Shown here piece after piece: positions 44,728 through 62,062 of a stretch of 64,000 bases of DNA; positions within the stretch are counted from its first letter, which is position 1; every line of letters starts with the position of its first letter. Below the pieces are notes generated by a model. The model worked only from the letters and a program-made list of their open reading frames with translations, was not told the origin of the DNA and did not search any database. The stretch lies in NCBI RefSeq assembly GCF_009914755.1, contig NC_060938.1. One strand, written 5' to 3'. The DNA comes from the human T2T-CHM13v2.0 reference genome, Homo sapiens. The position numbers and the translations under genes were made by a program.

Positions 44728-44970
44728 GATATTGTATGATTCATCAAGACAGAAAGTAAAGTTGTAGTTGCCCTGGGAGGGCGGGGAATGGGGAGTCACT
44801 TTTTAATGGGTACAGGATTTCAATTTTACAAGACAAAAAGAATTATGGAGATGGGTGGTGGTGATGCTTGCACAACATTGTGAATACATTTAATGACACT
44901 GAATTGTATACTTAACAGTAGTTAAGATGCAAATTGTTGAGTGTGTTTTGCCACAGTTAAAAAACGGAAA
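44728..44970 (+). mobile_element. L1MB-like 3' end
   Basis: TTTAATGGGTACAG..GGAGATGGGTGGTGGTGATG..CACTGAATTGTATACTT. Confidence 0.78.
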
Positions 44971-45577
44971 ACAATAGTATTTGAAGATATAGCCCATTTC
45001 ATCTGGTAGCTAGCTGTATGTGTCTGCTCAGCTGTGGATAGATATTTATGCTGTTTCTGAACTGGAGGTTACTGGTATTCTCTAAGGTATAGGAAAATTG
45101 ATCTTATGTGGCTAACTGAGGTGGATATAGTTGTATCAGTCAGACAGTAATGATATAATCATGATAGATTACATTTAACACAACTTACATGTGTTATACT
45201 TTAGAAAACACTTCATAGATATTATTACTTCATACCACTTTCCCCTTACATATTTGTCTCTCCTTTCTCTGATGACTTCAGAAAATGTCTCTTCCACACT
45301 ACTCAATTCATCTCCTTATTTTGTCAAAACTTTAAGTCTCAGAGTCTCCAAAAAAAAATTGCAGACAAGTCTCATCAGCTTTCGGTCATTGATTAATCGA
45401 TATCCTTAGAGGCTTCCCCTTCTCAATTTAACATAGCTTCCAAATACACTTGCCAGTAAAACAAAGTTGTTTATATGGTTTTGTATTTCTTCCTGCTGAA
45501 TTATGAACATTTTTTCATATTGACATTGATTTCCATCTGGCCATGAAATACTCAAGGTGAAGACAATGAAACAAAAT

Positions 45578-45810
45578 TGTTAATATTTATCAAGAGCCAG
45601 GTACTGTTTTCAGTGTCCTAGAAGCATAAACTAGTGTAATGCTCACCAGCTCATATGAGAGGCAAAAATGGATGAAACTATAAAACCAAGACACAGAGAG
45701 TTAAGGGAAATTTCCCAAGATCACACAGCCACTGAGGATATGAACTAGATTTTGACTTCAGGCTATTTACCCCAGAACCTGTGCTTTCAACCATCATTTG
45801 TACTGCTTCC
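45578..45810. mobile_element. MIR SINE
   Basis: Core-like AAACCAAGACACAGAGAGTTAAGGGAAATTTCCCAAGATCACACAGC. Confidence 0.7.
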
Positions 45811-48800
45811 CTAAATTACACTTGACTACACTGTGACATCAAATTTCACCTATGACACTGATTATCTGGGGAACTTTGCAACTTATTCTGAATATAACTC
45901 AGTTTTCTTTTCTGTACAGAGATAAAGTCAGTATATACTCCATAGATTCGTTATAAGGATTATATGAAATGACACATGAGAAGGCTTTAAAAGGACTTGG
46001 AAAGCAATAAGCTTTTTTGTTTTCAATCATTTTTCAATAGGTTATCAGTGTTGTGAATGGTTCATGAAAAATGACTTTGGGCTCAGTGAGTAACTGAAAT
46101 GTTGTTGCTTAATAGTGTGTTTAATATTAATATAATAGTAACAAATGTCGTTATTGTTGAGTAATAGTTATTTGGCTTTTCACTGCTTTTCTTTTCTAGT
46201 GTTTTAGTCAGAGACTTCTTAAGTCCCCTCAAGTGTGTACACATTTCTTAAATTTGTTGGAAAGTACCAAATTTAAGATATCTTGAATTTTTCTTCTTCC
46301 TTAGCAAACACTAAATTCCATCACAGAGCAGAAAAAGGGCTCTGTTATTGTCGGTACAATGGTTTAATATTCACTTTTATTCCCTGTATCATAGTTCTGA
46401 TTTAATTGCTATTTAGAATAAAACTTGTTCCTTATTATATGCATTCATAATTATAAAATTTTTGTTTTAATGTCTTCTACACATATACTGTGCTTTTCTT
46501 TATTTCCTTATATCTTTTACTGTTTCATGATCCTGGTATTTGAAATCTCATTAAATGTTGTTTGGGGATTTGCTGGGAATGTCATCTACATAGTAATGTC
46601 TCAAGTTTGTAGCATCTTTAAAACATAATAGGAGATGGAATTCACAGCAGAGTAATAAGCCTCCCGCTTTAGGCAATGTATTTCTGATTGGTATGACTTT
46701 GTTCCCAGAGGGCAGTTAGCAACACAATATTAAGACTATGTGTACAAGGAAAACAAATTTTTAAAATCTCCTTTAAAAAAAACAGTTCCCTATCCTAACC
46801 AGTATCATGCACAGAATCCGTTTCCACCTCTTCATATGGAAGCAGCTCTGGGTGGACATCTAGAAAGTTGGATAACTATTTATCACATATGATCTGTAAA
46901 GGGAGAGATTTACAAGAAAGTGTTAAATTTAATCCATAGGAAAGCAAAGTCAAAAATCAATGAATTTTCCATTTGTAGTTTTCCCTAGGGGCTCCACTCT
47001 CAAGATGGCTTATATGAGTTAGAATTAATTGACTAGGCACAATTGTTTGTTAGTGACATAAAAGCAAGGTGAGTATTTCTGCTTTATGAGTCCAAGCACA
47101 GGGACACTTGGTTTTCTTTGGAAGGATATCATAAAGGCAATGTTTATGAGTAATCCCTCATTGTCTTTCCTTCTGTAGCATTCAATGGAATGTACTATAA
47201 TTTAGAAATGAAAACTACTTAAAGACCACTTGCTAAGTTTCATGTATTTCAAATTCTCAGATCCTGAGTGTTTAAATATGCCTATATTTCTTCATGAAAA
47301 AAAACATAATCTTTGCCAAGTTAGAAAAAGAAAAAGTCATATTCCCATTTTTATCTAAATGTAATCAGAAATTTGGACAGTTTTTAGCCTTCAATACATT
47401 ATGTAATTTGGGTAACAGGCTGAATAAAAGTAAGGAACTTCAGTTAAATTCAGAGAGAAGCTAGTAATTATTTCTAAGACTCAAATGTATAGAACAGATC
47501 TCTGATATTAAGGGTAAAACCCTCAAAGGTGACCCAAAATGGGTAATTGTGGGATTATTTTGGGAGGAATCATCATAGATTCTTACTGCTATAAATACAG
47601 TCAAATGTCAGATAAATATACTCCACTGAAATGTTTTCTAGGAATAATGTTGGAACCAATGTTGATAATTTTGAAAGTCATGGAGAGGATTTCAGATGAT
47701 ATAAGTCGGGCAACTATCCCAGGTTTAATAAATAAGCAAATGGTGAGTTCCAAAAATGCTGTATCAATGAGCCTCATATTGATCCTGAACACAATTTCAG
47801 GAAGGTCCATTAAATGGGTCTTTGGAGAGCACTTAGGATAAAAGGCTGGCAGCAGAGATTCACTAAGAGCAACGGTGCCAAGCTTGCCTCTTTGACATTG
47901 TTATCTGACTGATAAAGGTAGGCTATAGCGGTACACAATACAGATATTTCCAGGGTAAAGCTGTTGAGCTGCTGTAATTTTCCTTGCCTCTTCACTATCT
48001 TCTCCTATAGTTGACTCCCAAGGAAAAGATAGCTGACTTTTAATCTAGAAATGTATGTTAATTGGCAAAAACAAACAAATGAAACCATAAACTATCCTAT
48101 AGGCTTCTCTCTGCTCAGTTATTAGATCATATGAATGTGCCCTTAGGAAACACAGAAGACCCACAATACTATAGAGATAAATTTCTTACATTCTCTGCTG
48201 TTTAATGCTCTTCAAAAGACTTACCATACTTCACTAATTTGATTACCAACTACTTGAACACAGGGACCAATGTGCTTATTAAAAATTTTGCATATTATGA
48301 GGGCATTAACTTTTAAGTGTTCGATTGTTAAGACAATGCATATTATTATAAACCATAGAAGGCACACTTATTACCTCCTTAAGAACCAGTCTCTATTTCT
48401 CTGTTTCATAGATCTCCAAGGTCATAGAGGGATTGGACATTTGTGTCTTCAATTGGCCCTCTTCAGCCCTAGGATAAATAGTGATTAATCTAAGCCAATG
48501 GTTTTCGGCTCTGTCTGAGCCAATGCCTCTACTTCATAAGAAATTCTTCAAAGACCCCTTCGCTATTCTAAACTATTAGTGAGAACACAATGTATGCATT
48601 CAAGTTGTTGAAAATATTAATGTTATGCTGAAGCTAACAAAGGAGAAATAATTTACTGTCAATATATAATCCAAAATGTATATAATTGTGCCAGAACATT
48701 TACATATCAAATACAATAGAACATAATGAAATTTTCATATCTTCACCCATACTTTGAAACATTGTAAATAAAAAGCTACAAATATAGTTTCATTGAATAA

Positions 48801-48849
48801 CCAAATTCCAAAACTGCCATTTCTATTGTTGACATGATTGATCTGCATT

Positions 48850-49285
48850 GGTAAATGTAATAGATATTTCTGTTTGGCCCTTGTCCCCTGTTATACTCCC
48901 CTATTTACTGGCTTTTGTCCAAGTGGAATGGTCCATATTGAATATCTCAATGGGTTCCCTTGCTCATTGCCTTCTATGCATGTTCATGAGATTAAAGGGA
49001 AGGAGGAAATGAGATTGGGGGTTATTGCCTAAACTCCCTCTCTGCTAGGTCTCCTTGACCAATCTTTTTCATAAGAAAATTAGTGTTTCCTTGTGTGATA
49101 AGGGCAGTTTACTCCCCAGAACTCTGCCTACTGCTACTAACCCAGAGTTATTGTGGGGTGTGATTTCTGTGATTCCTTCACCCTTCTCCCCTGACATTTT
49201 CGTAAGTAGTCTCTTTGGAAATAAACCCATATTAAATTATCTTAGTTTGTGTGTGTTCTATTTTTCCTATTGAGACTCTGAAATG
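48850..49285 (+). mobile_element. Old ERVL-type LTR (LTR16-like)
   Basis: GGGTTCCCTTGC..GAGATTAAAGGGAAGGAGG..; U5-like end TTTTTCCTATTGAGACTCTGA. Confidence 0.4.
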
Positions 49286-49793
49286 AGTATCTAAATGAAA
49301 AAATCTACCGTCTTTTCTCATATACATAGTAGTTTCATTCTTGCAAAATTCATGGCATATTAAAACCATGCAAAAGTACTTGGCACTTAGGCAGTTACAT
49401 TTGGGATTGTATAATTAAACAAAGCAGGTTATTCGCCTTCATTACATTAGAAAGTCATTCAGGACATACAGCAATCCTTAATTAGGAGCGACTATCCCAT
49501 GTTACTGGACATATGGCATCCCTGTTTTCCAATCCTTAAAGTTTTTCCTTAAAGTTCCAAAATGTCATCACTTATTATTTCCTGCCATTGAATTTTGTCA
49601 CATGAAGTTGTAAGGCTGGGAATGCCATAGCCATCTTGAAAACATAGGTAGAAAGATAAGAGAATCACGAAGAAGTGGATCATGTTGAATTAACTAAGCA
49701 TTGATACCATCTATTTGTTGTGCGATTTGGTAAAAGTTGCTCCTTGTTTTTTTCTTCAGTTAGTTGACTATTCTGTTACTTGAAGCTAAAAAC

Positions 49794-50107
<314 letters not shown>

Positions 50108-50210
50108 AAAAACATTTCAACCAATAGCAAAGCACATTATTTAATTACATTTTTTCAAAAGTTGCCAGTAATTTCAATTAAAAATATTTTATAACATGTT
50201 TAATGCAATA

Positions 50211-50556
50211 CAAATGCTTTTCAATGTACAATGGGGTTAAGTCTTGAAAAGCTGATTATAAATTGAAAATACAGTAAGTTAAAAATGTATTTAATACCTC
50301 ACTTACTGAATATCACAGCTTAGCCTGGCATACCTTTAATGTGCTCAGAACACTTACATCAGCTGACAATTGGGCAAAATCATTGAATACAAAACCCACT
50401 TTATAATAAAGTATTGGATATTTTATGTAATTTGTTGAATATTGTACTGAAAGTGAAAAGCAGAATGGTTATATTCTATTCAAAGCTATCACTTTTGCTT
50501 CATCATAAAGTAAAAAAAAAATCATAAATTGAACCATTATAAGTTGACCATCAGTG
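50211..50556. mobile_element. MER47A-like (Tigger family) MITE
   Basis: GTGCTCAGAACACTTACAT..TTGGGCAAAATCAT..GTACTGAAAGTGAAAA. Confidence 0.78.
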
Positions 50557-50676
50557 TATATGTATGTGTGTGTGTACCTATATAAACATGTATGTTTATA
50601 TATATATTTGTGTGCGTATATATCCTCGGTGTGTGTGTATGTGTTTGAGAGTGTGTGTGTGTGTGTGTGTGTGTAT
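50557..50676. repeat. Compound (TG)n/(TA)n microsatellite
   Basis: Direct reading. Confidence 0.9.
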
Positions 50677-52038
50677 GAAATTGTAGGAAAGTAAAATTTC
50701 TTATCTTATAGCTATAGCATGTTAACATGTTGGTACCTATCCTCCTGAGATGTAAAATTTTACATGGATAGATGTGTACATTTACAGATGTACACAAAGA
50801 GAAACATATTCTGTAGGCTCTTTGTTTTTCCGCAGTTTCATTCAACACTATCTGGTTTATATGGATGATTACATATATAATGCTAGGATGAAAGTTCTTC
50901 TCTATAACTTTGAAACTTCCTTGATTATCAACCCTTGGTATATTCTTAGAATAGGATTTTATTTTAGAATTAAGATCCTTGTTTCAGGACTCTAGACTGT
51001 TAACACACAGAGCCAATAATTATTCAGAATGGTTGGGTTAGTTCACATTCCCACAGATGAGACATCAAATGTCCAGGCTGCACAGCCTCATTAACACTAG
51101 ATTTTCTGGACATTTTATATAGTATTTCATCTGATATAGAAAGTAGAATTCTAATTTAATTATGGTTGTTAATTTATTTTTATCTTTTTAGTCATTATGA
51201 AAATGTTTAACTATATGTAAAGCTAGGAAAGAGTTTTATTTTTTAAGTTAGTACTTCAGAAATATGTGCGATACTTAATTTTTAAAAATTAACTCTAAAA
51301 GAATCTTGAAATGTCTGTTCAATGAAATAGGATATAAATACTGGTCACATTAGTGAAAAATATTTGTTTAAAATTAAAATATCTGCAGCAATCCTGTAGA
51401 TATTAATAATTTTTAAAGAATGACATCTTCAAAATATAAATGTTCTAAACTTATAATCAGTTAAATATGTCTCTATTAATACATATAGATACATATATCT
51501 AAATAAATTTGAAGACTTCAAATTCCAGGTACAATATAATTTTTTTTCTATCCTGTGATTTGTCATTCAGTATTTTGTAATTTGAACAGAAATATTTTGC
51601 CCTAACCACATGTCTGTCTTTTCTCTTACCTAGAAATGTTCTTTTATGCAAAATTGTTTTAAAGGTCAGTTTGCATGTTTGAAAGCATCTTGTAGAATGT
51701 TACATAATATATTGCATATTTGGTTACATTGTTTTAACTGTGTAAATATGGTTTAAATCTATGATGCACTTTAGTGCTGATCATGATGCAAAGCAAATTT
51801 ATCTGTATAAAAGTCTCCTGTTATTTTTTTATTATTATATTTTAAGTTTTAGGGTACATGTGCACAACGTGCAGGTTTGTTAGATATGTGTACATGGGCC
51901 ATGTTGGTGTGCTGCACCCATTAACTCGTCATTTAACACTAGGTATATCTCCTAATGCTATCCTTCCCCCCTCCCCCCACTCCACAACTGTCCTCAGTGT
52001 GTGATGTTCCCCTTCCTGTATCCATGTTTTCTCATTGT

Positions 52039-55857
<3,819 letters not shown>

Positions 55858-55920
55858 TATGATGTTAGCTGGTTATTTTCCTCGTTAGTTGATGAAGTTT
55901 CTTCCTAGCCTTGATGGTCT

Positions 55921-56935
55921 TTACAATTTGGCATGTTTTTGCAGTGGCTGGTACCAGTTGTTCCTTTCCATGTTTAGTGCTTCCTTCAGGAGCTCTTTTA
56001 GGGCAGGCCTGGTTGTGACAAAATCTCTCAGCATTTGCTTGTCTGTGGAGTATATTATTTCTCCTTCACTTATGAAGCTTCGTTTGGCTGGATATGAAAT
56101 TCTGGGTTGAAAATTCTTTTCTTTAAGAATGTTGAATATTGGCCCCCACTCTCTTCTGGCTTGTAGAATTTCTGAGGAGAGATCAGCAGTTAGTCTGATG
56201 GGCTTCCTATTGTGGGTAACCTGACCTTTCTCTCTGGCTGCCTTTAAAATTTTTTCATTCATTTCAACTTTGGTGAATCAGACAATTATTTGTCTTGGAG
56301 TTGTTCTTCTCGAGGAGTATCTTTGTGGCATTCTCTGTATTTCCTGAATTTGTATGTTGGCCTGCCTTACTAGATTGGGGAAGTTCTCCTGGATAATATC
56401 CTGCAGAGTGTTTTCCAACTTGGTTCCATTCTCCCCGTCACTTTTAGGTACACCAATTAGACATACATTTGGTCTTTTCACATAGTCCCATATTTCTTGG
56501 AGGCTTTGTTCATTTCTTCTATTCCTTTTTCCCTAAACTTCTCTTCATGCTTTATTTCATTCATTTCATCTTCCATCGCTGATACTCTTTCTTCCAGTTG
56601 ATCACATCGGGTACTGAGGCTTATGCATTTGTCATGTCGTAGTTGTGCCATGGTTTTCAGCTCCATCTGGTCCTTTAAGGACTTTTCTGCATTTGTTTTT
56701 CTAGTTATCCATTCGTCTAATTTTTTTTTAAAGTTTTTAACTTCTTTGCCATTGGTTCGAACTTCCTCCTTTAGTTCAGAGTACTTTGATCTTCTGAAGC
56801 CTTCCTCTCTCAACTCGCCAAAGTCATACTCCGTCCAGCTTTGTTCCACTGCTGGTGAGGAGCTGCATTCCTTTGCAGGAGGAGAGGCACTCTGATTTTT
56901 AGAGTTTCCAGTTTTTCTGCTCTGTTTTTTCCCAT
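55921..56935 (-). pseudogene. Disrupted L1 ORF1
   Basis: ATG at 56935; fragments 56478, 56278, 55921 (..YQPLQKHAKL). Confidence 0.93.
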
Positions 56936-57944
56936 CTTTGTGGTTTTATCTTCCTTTGGTCCTGGATGATGGTGACATACAGATGGGGTTTTGGTGTGGA
57001 TGTCCTTTCTGTTTGTTAGTTTTCCTTCTAACAGTCAGGACCCTCAGCTGCAGGTCTGTTGGAGTTTACTAGAGATCTACTCCAGACACTATTTGCCTGG
57101 GTATCAGCAGCAGTGGCTGCAGAACAATGGATATTGGTGAACTGCAAATGCTGCTGCCTGATCGTTCCTCTGGAAGTTTTGACTCAGAGGGGTACCCGGC
57201 CATGTGAGATGTCAGTCTGCCCCTACTGGGGGGTGCCTCCCAGTTAGGCTACTCAGGGGTCAGGAACCCACTTGAGGAGGCTGTCTGCCCATTCTCAGAT
57301 CTCAAGCTGCATGCTGGGAGAAACACTACTCTCTTCAAAGCTGTCAGACAGGGGCATGTAAGTCTGCAGAGGATATTGCCGTCTTTTGTTGGTCTGTGCC
57401 CTGCCCCCAGAGGTGGAGCCTACAGAGGCAGGCTGGCCTCCTTGAGCTGTGGTGGGCTCCACCCAGTTCGAACTTCCTGGCTGCTTTGTTTACTTACTCA
57501 AGCCTGAGCAATGGCAGGCGCCCCTCCCCCAGCCCCACTGTAACTTTGCAGTTTGATCTCAGACTTCTGTGCTAGCAAACAGCGAGGCTCCGTGGGTGTA
57601 GGATCCTCCAAGCCAGGTGCTGGATATAATCTCCTGGTGTGCCATTTGATAAGCCTGTTGGAAAAGCGCAGTATTAGGGTGGGAGCGACCTGATTTTCCA
57701 GGTTCCATCTGTCACCCCTTTCTTTGACTAGGAAAGGGAATTCCCTGACCCATTGTGCTTCCCAAGTGAGGTGATGCCTTGCCCTGCTTTGGCTCATGCA
57801 TGGTGCGCTGCACCCACTGTCCAGCACTCCCCATTGAGATGAACCTGGTACCTCAGTTGGAAATGCAGTTATCACCTGTCTTCTGCATCACTCATGCTGG
57901 GAGCTGTAGACTGGAGCTGTTCCTATTCGACCATGTTGCCTCCA
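56936..57944 (-). promoter_or_regulatory. L1 5'UTR (internal sense and antisense promoter region)
   Basis: Complete ~1 kb UTR, CpG-depleted; YY1 site mutated (AACATGGTCG vs AAGATGGCCG). Confidence 0.75.
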
Positions 57945-59311
57945 TCCTCTAATTTTTAACTTTCAAACGATTAGATACATTTACCCTCTTCTGAATTTTA
58001 ATTCCTGATAGAAAGATTGTGAAATCTCAAGAGGATAATGAATCAGCTTCTGATTATATTCTGGAATTACCATTTGATCACCCATCCAAGAATGCGTATT
58101 CACTTTCCTTTACATTACACACATGCATAATACCATGCTGAGTGATGCTGGAAAAAGTGAGTCTTCAGTAATGCCCTCATGAAATTACAGTCTCACTACA
58201 CCAAGGTATTTTCTTTTTAACACTTTTTTTCTTTTCTGCTGTGAATATGTGCCTTCTAAGAGATGAACGACTGGGAAAAACTGAAAAAGAACCTTCATCT
58301 AATTCAGTAACTACCTTTTGTATCTTCTAAGAATTTTTATCTCCAGAAAGATCTAATCTTCATTCCTTTACAAGCTTTATTTCTCTCTCCTTTCCAACAT
58401 CAGACTTTTCTCTGTTTGTTTTCTATACCTTTTTTAGAGATGCCTACAATAGAAAAAAACTATGACATATTCAATACATCAGAAAAGTTTGCATTGCCAT
58501 AGATAGGAATGAATTATCTGTTTATAAAGAAAAAAACAATAAAAATATGAAGCAAGAAAGCACAGAAGGTAGTAACCACATTTAGATGTTTATCATGGAA
58601 TCATCTTTATAATCCATCTGTTACAATTCCACAGAGCAAATTCCAAGTAATTGTGAAGTTTCCCCTCATTTTATAGGTTTGGTCTTATAAGGCATACAAC
58701 ACAAATTTTAATTACTTTTCTTTTTGGTATTTGGATCTTAATTTGGTCAAGTGGCCACTGGGTAGATGATGGAGCCTCTTGAGACATACAGTCTTCTTCT
58801 AGCTTTGTTGATGTGAATATTACTGTGTAGTTTTCATTCACTTATTATTTTACAAGGCATGCTTCGTTAAAAATATGTCAGCATCTCATTGACAAATCAC
58901 AAAATTTAAAAGGCACAAGAAAAAAAACAATTTATTTGAAACATTCCTGTGTAAAAGTAGTCACCACTCTTACTATTCTTCAAATATTTTTATTATATTT
59001 AAACACAAGCCTAGTTTTATCTCGAGTGTCTGACCTTGATGATATTGTACACTTTAAACTTGGAAAAAATTGAACTCTTTTGGAAATTTCCTACAGACCA
59101 GCTTTTCTAGATGCCAAGTGCCTTGTTTCACCTGCGGTTATGACAGCAAATTGGGTTCTCAGGGATTCTGGCCTCTGGCATCATCTCAGTTGTTTATAAT
59201 TGAAGTTGGCTCTGACGAGAACTCAGCTTAGATGCATGGTTAGACTGCTGGGCTTAAGGCTGGCCTGCCAGGAGGTTGCATTGAGGTGTAACTAGGCAAA
59301 GAAAGAAGGAG

Positions 59312-59690
59312 TTTATTGAGGCACTACTGACAATAGCAAAGACTTGGAACCAACCCAAATGTCCAACATTGATAGACTGGATTAAGAAAATGTGGCACAT
59401 ATACACCATGGAATACTCTGCAGCCATAAAAATGATGAGTTCTTGTCCTTTGTAGGGACATGGATGAAGCTGGAAACCATTATTCTCAGCAAACTATCAC
59501 AAGGGGGAACATCACACACTGGGGCCTGTTGTGGGGTGAGGGGCTAGGGGAGGAAAAGCATTAGGGGATATACCTAATGAAAATGACGAGTTAATCGGTG
59601 CAGCACACCAACATGTCTCATGTGTACATATGTAATGAACCTGCAAGTTGTGCACAAGTACCCTAGAACTTAAAGTATAATAAAAAAAAA
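59312..59690 (+). mobile_element. 5'-truncated L1PA 3' end with ~70 bp internal deletion
   Basis: CAATAGCAAAGACTTGGAACCAACCC..CTTAAAGTATAATAAAA; TSD AAAGAAGGAG(G)TTT. Confidence 0.92.
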
Positions 59691-61284
59691 GAAGGAGGTT
59701 GGGCAAAATTACCAACAATCTTCAACTATGAATTTTTATGAGTAGGGGCTTCCCACACCATCAGGCACTCCAAGTTGGAGAAACAAGGGATGTTGAATTG
59801 AAAGTTTAATTTTTTAGGCTTGGTAGTCAGATTAGGGAAGTTTTGGGTACAACTTTCCCACTCTAGAGCCCTCTCCCCAACTCACGGCCAATATGGGACA
59901 TGGGCTCAATGGAAAAGAGTGCCGAGATCAATTAGAAATATCCATCATGAACATAGGAGGCAGGCATTCTGGCCAAGGGGTGCGTCTTCCCACTCTGTAA
60001 TCCAGAGTGCGATTTCTTCTTGCTATCTCTCCCTCCATAAATAAGTGTTGGGTGAAGGACAAGCTTGTTACAACTGAGGATGGAATGAGATTCTAGCAGA
60101 ATTGCAAAATGAACTGAAAGCCACAAAACTGTTCCTCTGTGAACCAGCAGAGAGATCTGTGGAAGGCAAAGGAATAGGAGCCAAGAGGCCAGATAACATT
60201 CCTGCTTCCCTTACATTGTGAGAGTGAAATTGTCAGCAACCTATATCAGTAATTAACCAGAGGCTTTTTAGAGAGTAAGACTTCTGATAGATACCTCAAT
60301 AGCTGAAGTTGCTCTTCAGTACTGCACATAACCTGTGGACAGATTTTCATCATTATTAATTCATTTATTCAACAGATAGATATTAAATTCAAGGCATAGT
60401 TCTAAACTATGCAGTCAATTACAAAAAAATAATGAAGGGCATTAGCTGTGCCTCATAGGATGTTAAAACTCTAGGTGCTGAATGAGACAAATAGGGTTCC
60501 CACATCAAGTGCCTGGGCTCCTGTTATAACCTGGACTGTGCTTCCAATGACTTCTCCTGTTTCTGTTTTGGTAAACCCATCATTTGGCTTAGTCCCTATC
60601 CTTGCCATGCTCACCCAGAGTAGGTGGACCTCCTTGACCATAACTACAGGCATAGATCTTTGATTGTTTCTTTTCAAATGTTTGCTTACTTTAGAGCTGC
60701 AGTCAAATGTTGTTTGGACTATAAGACTCTGAGGGTGTGTGTGGTTGAAACTGTCTTGAGACTCAAAGAGCTATTGAGGAAGGGATTTGGTAGCTGAACT
60801 CTTTTGAAGTTTTTCTCTGTCTCTCACACATCTGGGGCTCAATAGCTTAATATATTGTTTAATTTCTACATCAATGATAGTTTAATAGGCATTCATGCAA
60901 ATCAGTTCTGCTGGGAGTTTATTATCCTACTCCAATAGCAAGTAATGCATTCCTTAAATTTAGTGTACGTATAAATTCTACATGGTAAGTGAAGCTGTCT
61001 TTATGAATTGCTGCTATAGAATATACTAGATTGTGTAGGTTTTAGTACAATCCAGGTAATTATCAAGCCTTTGTAATATTTTCAGGAAAGGGATCCTTTC
61101 ACTTCAGTTTATGGAACTTGGAAAGTTTTCAATGGCCACCCACTTGTTAGATCATAAACTTAATTCTATGTATCTGAATTTATTTTTCTATTTATAAATT
61201 TATCTGGATGTTTTCTCAAAGGTTTCCCAGATTAAAAACCTATGGCTTTGTAAAATTAAAACAGAAGTAATAAGAATTGTGTTA

Positions 61285-61752
<468 letters not shown>

Positions 61753-61776
61753 AAAAGAGTCACTGAACACTGATAA

Positions 61777-62062
<286 letters not shown>

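Noticed and set aside
47539-47995. Overlapping short ORFs as a processed pseudogene
   Set aside because: No recognisable protein, poly(A) tail or TSD.
57511-57543. L1 ORF0 (ATG at 57511, MAGAPPPAPL)
   Set aside because: TAA at codon 11 truncates it.
59495-59515. ~70 bp deletion in the L1 3' fragment as a splice event
   Set aside because: AAGG microhomology explains it, and there is no GT donor.
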